Positions 61,067-64,000 of a DNA stretch of 64,000 nucleotides are shown here, piece by piece. This DNA is from Octopus sinensis (Eukaryota). How positions within the stretch are numbered: the stretch's first letter is position 1; the number at the start of each line of letters is the position of its first letter. The DNA is taken from contig NC_043021.1 in NCBI RefSeq assembly GCF_006345805.1, positions 3,100,001 to 3,164,000 of the forward strand, in the 5' to 3' direction. Under the pieces are notes generated by a model, which ran no database searches, was not told where the DNA came from, and was given only the letters and a program-made list of their open reading frames with translations. Made by a program: the position numbers and the translations under genes.

Positions 61067-63813
61067 TATTATTGCGGCAAGCTAGCAGAATCATTAACAA
61101 GCCAGGCAAAAGGTTTTTTGGCATTTTGTCTATCTTTACAACCTGAGTTCAAATTTTGCCAAGTTCGACTCGGCCTTTCATCCTTTTGGGGGTCAGTAAA
61201 ATAAGTTCCAGTTGAGCACTGGGGTCATTGTTATCAACTGGCGTCCTCCCCTAAAATTTCAGGCCTTGTGCCTACTGTAGAAAGGATTATTATTTAAGGT
61301 GGCAAGCTGGCAGAATCTTTAGCGTGCTGGACGAAATGCTTAGCAGTATTTCACCCATCACTACATTCTGAGTTCAATTTCCGCCCAAGGTCGATTTGGT
61401 TTTTGCTCTTTTGAGGTCAGTGAAATAAGTACCCGTTGAACACCTGTGGTCAAATTAATCCCCCACCACCACCACCAGAAATTTCAGGCTTTGTACCTAT
61501 AGTAAAAAGAATTATAATGAGTCATGGATTGACAGAAATGCTTTGCAATAATTTGTCCTGGCTCTTTACAATTTGAGCTCAAGCCCCACCTCCATCCAAA
61601 ACAATTTCTGATCTTGTGCCTATAGTTTAATATTATTATTATTATTATTATTTTTAAAAATCATTTCATTGTATGCCCCAAAACTTTGTATTGTTCCCCT
61701 CAGCCTTCACCCTGGTGGCAAATAAAATCATTGTTATTAATGTGGTGAGATGGCTGAACCATTAGCATGTTGGGTAAAATGCTAAACAGCATTTCTTCCA
61801 GTTCTGCTTGTTTTGAGTTCAAATCCCTCAGAGGTCAGTTTTGCTATATACATCCTTTTGAAGTGAATAAAATAAGTACCAGTTGCAGGGTGGGGTTGAT
61901 GTAATCGACTATCCACCTCATTCCCTAAACTTGTTTTCCTTGTCCCAAAATTAGAAAAAATCATTACTATTAAAAGGCAGTGAGCTGGCAAAATTGTTAG
62001 TCCATCAGACAATGCTTAGATCTTTTACATCTTTCTCGAGGTCAGTTTCGCCTTTTAATCCTTTCAGGGTCAATGGTTGATCTAAGTAACTAGCCCCTTC
62101 TCTTCAAAATTGCTGACCTTGTGTCAAAATTTGAAACAATCATCATCATCACCATTTATTTATTGTTATTTTATTATTATTATAATTATTGTTATTCATT
62201 TTTATCATTATTATTATTATTATCATAAGGCAGTGAGCTGGCAGAATCGTTAGCACGCTGGACAAAATGCTTAGCAGTATTTTACCTGTCACTACATTCT
62301 GAGTTCAAATTCTGCCAAGGCTGACTTTGCCTTTCATCCTTTCGGGGTCGATATATTAAGCACCAGTGAAACACTGGAGTTGATGTAATTCAGGCCTTGT
62401 GCCTATAGTAGAAAGGATCATTATTATTATTATTATATTATTATTATTATTATTATTATTACTATTATTATTGCGGCAAGCTAGCAGAATCATTAACAAG
62501 CCAGGCAAAAGGTTTTTTGGCATTTTGTCTATCTTTACAACCTGAGTTCAAATTTTGCCAAGTTCGACTCGGCCTTTCATCCTTTTGGGGGTCAGTAAAA
62601 TAAGTTCCAGTTGAGCACTGGGGTCATTGTTATCAACTGGCGTCCTCCCCTAAAATTTCAGGCCTTGTGCCTACTGTAGAAAGGATTATTATTTAAGGTG
62701 GCAAGCTGGCAGAATCTTTAGCGTGCTGGACGAAATGCTTAGCAGTATTTCACCCATCACTACATTCTGAGTTCAATTTCCGCCCAAGGTCGATTTGGTT
62801 TTTGCTCTTTTGAGGTCAGTGAAATAAGTACCCGTTGAACACCTGTGGTCAAATTAATCCCCCACCACCACCACCAGAAATTTCAGGCTTTGTACCTATA
62901 GTAAAAAGAATTATAATGAGTCATGGATTGACAGAAATGCTTTGCAATAATTTGTCCTGGCTCTTTACAATTTGAGCTCAAGCCCCACCTCCATCCAAAA
63001 CAATTTCTGATCTTGTGCCTATAGTTTAATATTATTATTATTATTATTTTTAAAAATCATTTCATTGTATGCCCCAAAACTTTGTATTGTTCCCCTCAGC
63101 CTTCACCCTGGTGGCAAATAAAATCATTGTTATTAATGTGGTGAGATGGCTGAACCATTAGCATGTTGGGTAAAATGCTAAACAGCATTTCTTCCAGTTC
63201 TGCTTGTTTTGAGTTCAAATCCCTCAGAGGTCAGTTTTGCTATATACATCCTTTTGAAGTGAATAAAATAAGTACCAGTTGCAGGGTGGGGTTGATGTAA
63301 TCGACTATCCACCTCATTCCCTAAACTTGTTTTCCTTGTCCCAAAATTAGAAAAAATCATTACTATTAAAAGGCAGTGAGCTGGCAAAATTGTTAGTCCA
63401 TCAGACAATGCTTAGATCTTTTACATCTTTCTCGAGGTCAGTTTCGCCTTTTAATCCTTTCAGGGTCAATGGTTGATCTAAGTAACTAGCCCCTTCTCTT
63501 CAAAATTGCTGACCTTGTGTCAAAATTTGAAACAATCATCATCATCACCATTTATTTATTGTTATTTTATTATTATTATAATTATTGTTATTCATTTTTA
63601 TCATTATTATTATTATTATCATAAGGCAGTGAGCTGGCAGAATCGTTAGCACGCTGGACAAAACGCTTAGCAGTATTTTACCTGTCACTATATTCTGAGT
63701 TCAAATTCTGCCATGGCTTACTTTGCCTTTCATCCTTTCGGGGTCGATATATTAAGCACCAGTGAAACACTGGAGTTGATGTAATTCAGGCCTTGTGCCT
63801 ATAGTAGAAAGGA

Positions 63814-63844
<31 letters not shown>

Positions 63845-64000
63845 GCCTCTAAGGTGACGAGCTGGCAGAATCGTTAGCACACTGGGTGAAATGCTTAGCA
63901 GTATTTCGTTTGCTGCTACATTCTGAGTTCAAATTCTGCCGAAGTCGATTTTGCCTTTCATCCTTTTGGGGTCAATAAAATAAGTACCAGCTGAACACTG
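60640..64000 (+). mobile_element. Head-to-tail array of about 15 family C SINE monomers with (ATT)n spacers
   Basis: Repeated GGCAGTGAGCTGGCAGAATCGTTAGCAC...GAGTTCAAATT...AAAATAAGTACCAG...GCCTTGTGCC. Confidence 0.85.
61040..63843 (+). repeat. Tandem duplication, unit about 1.4 kb
   Basis: Identical ORFs at 61782 and 63178 (offset 1396); the sequence is nearly identical throughout. Confidence 0.9.

Noticed and set aside
60640-64000. Repeat-spacer pattern superficially like a CRISPR array
   Set aside because: The units are ~200-bp tRNA-derived SINEs with microsatellite spacers in eukaryotic DNA, with no cas genes.

Overview
AT-rich, repeat-dominated eukaryotic DNA with no long intact ORF. The mix of tRNA-derived SINEs, RTE-type (CAT)n-tailed elements and very dense di/trinucleotide microsatellites is typical of an octopus (coleoid cephalopod) genome; this is inferred from repeat character, not a database match. 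Nearly all ORFs in the six-frame track are artefacts of SINEs or microsatellites. Recognisable coding remnants are all transposon-derived: an internally deleted Gypsy LTR element (33.6-35.8 kb), a second Gypsy RT scrap, RTE-clade LINE fragments, a Penelope element split by nested insertions, and a Tigger/pogo transposase. Non-autonomous elements include several SINE families with shared modules (working labels A-E), three TTAA-flanked piggyBac-like MITE families (two insertions confirmed by empty-site paralogs inside the window), a Tc1/mariner MITE and Helitron-like elements. The right end holds two oppositely oriented clusters of SINE monomers interleaved with (ATT)n/(AAT)n tracts, part of it tandemly duplicated over about 1.4 kb. 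A near-perfect inverted repeat at 44.1-44.6 kb could form a long dsRNA hairpin. A host gene could not be identified; a few short plus-strand exon candidates are given at low confidence. Family letters A-E are my own labels, and many element boundaries are approximate.
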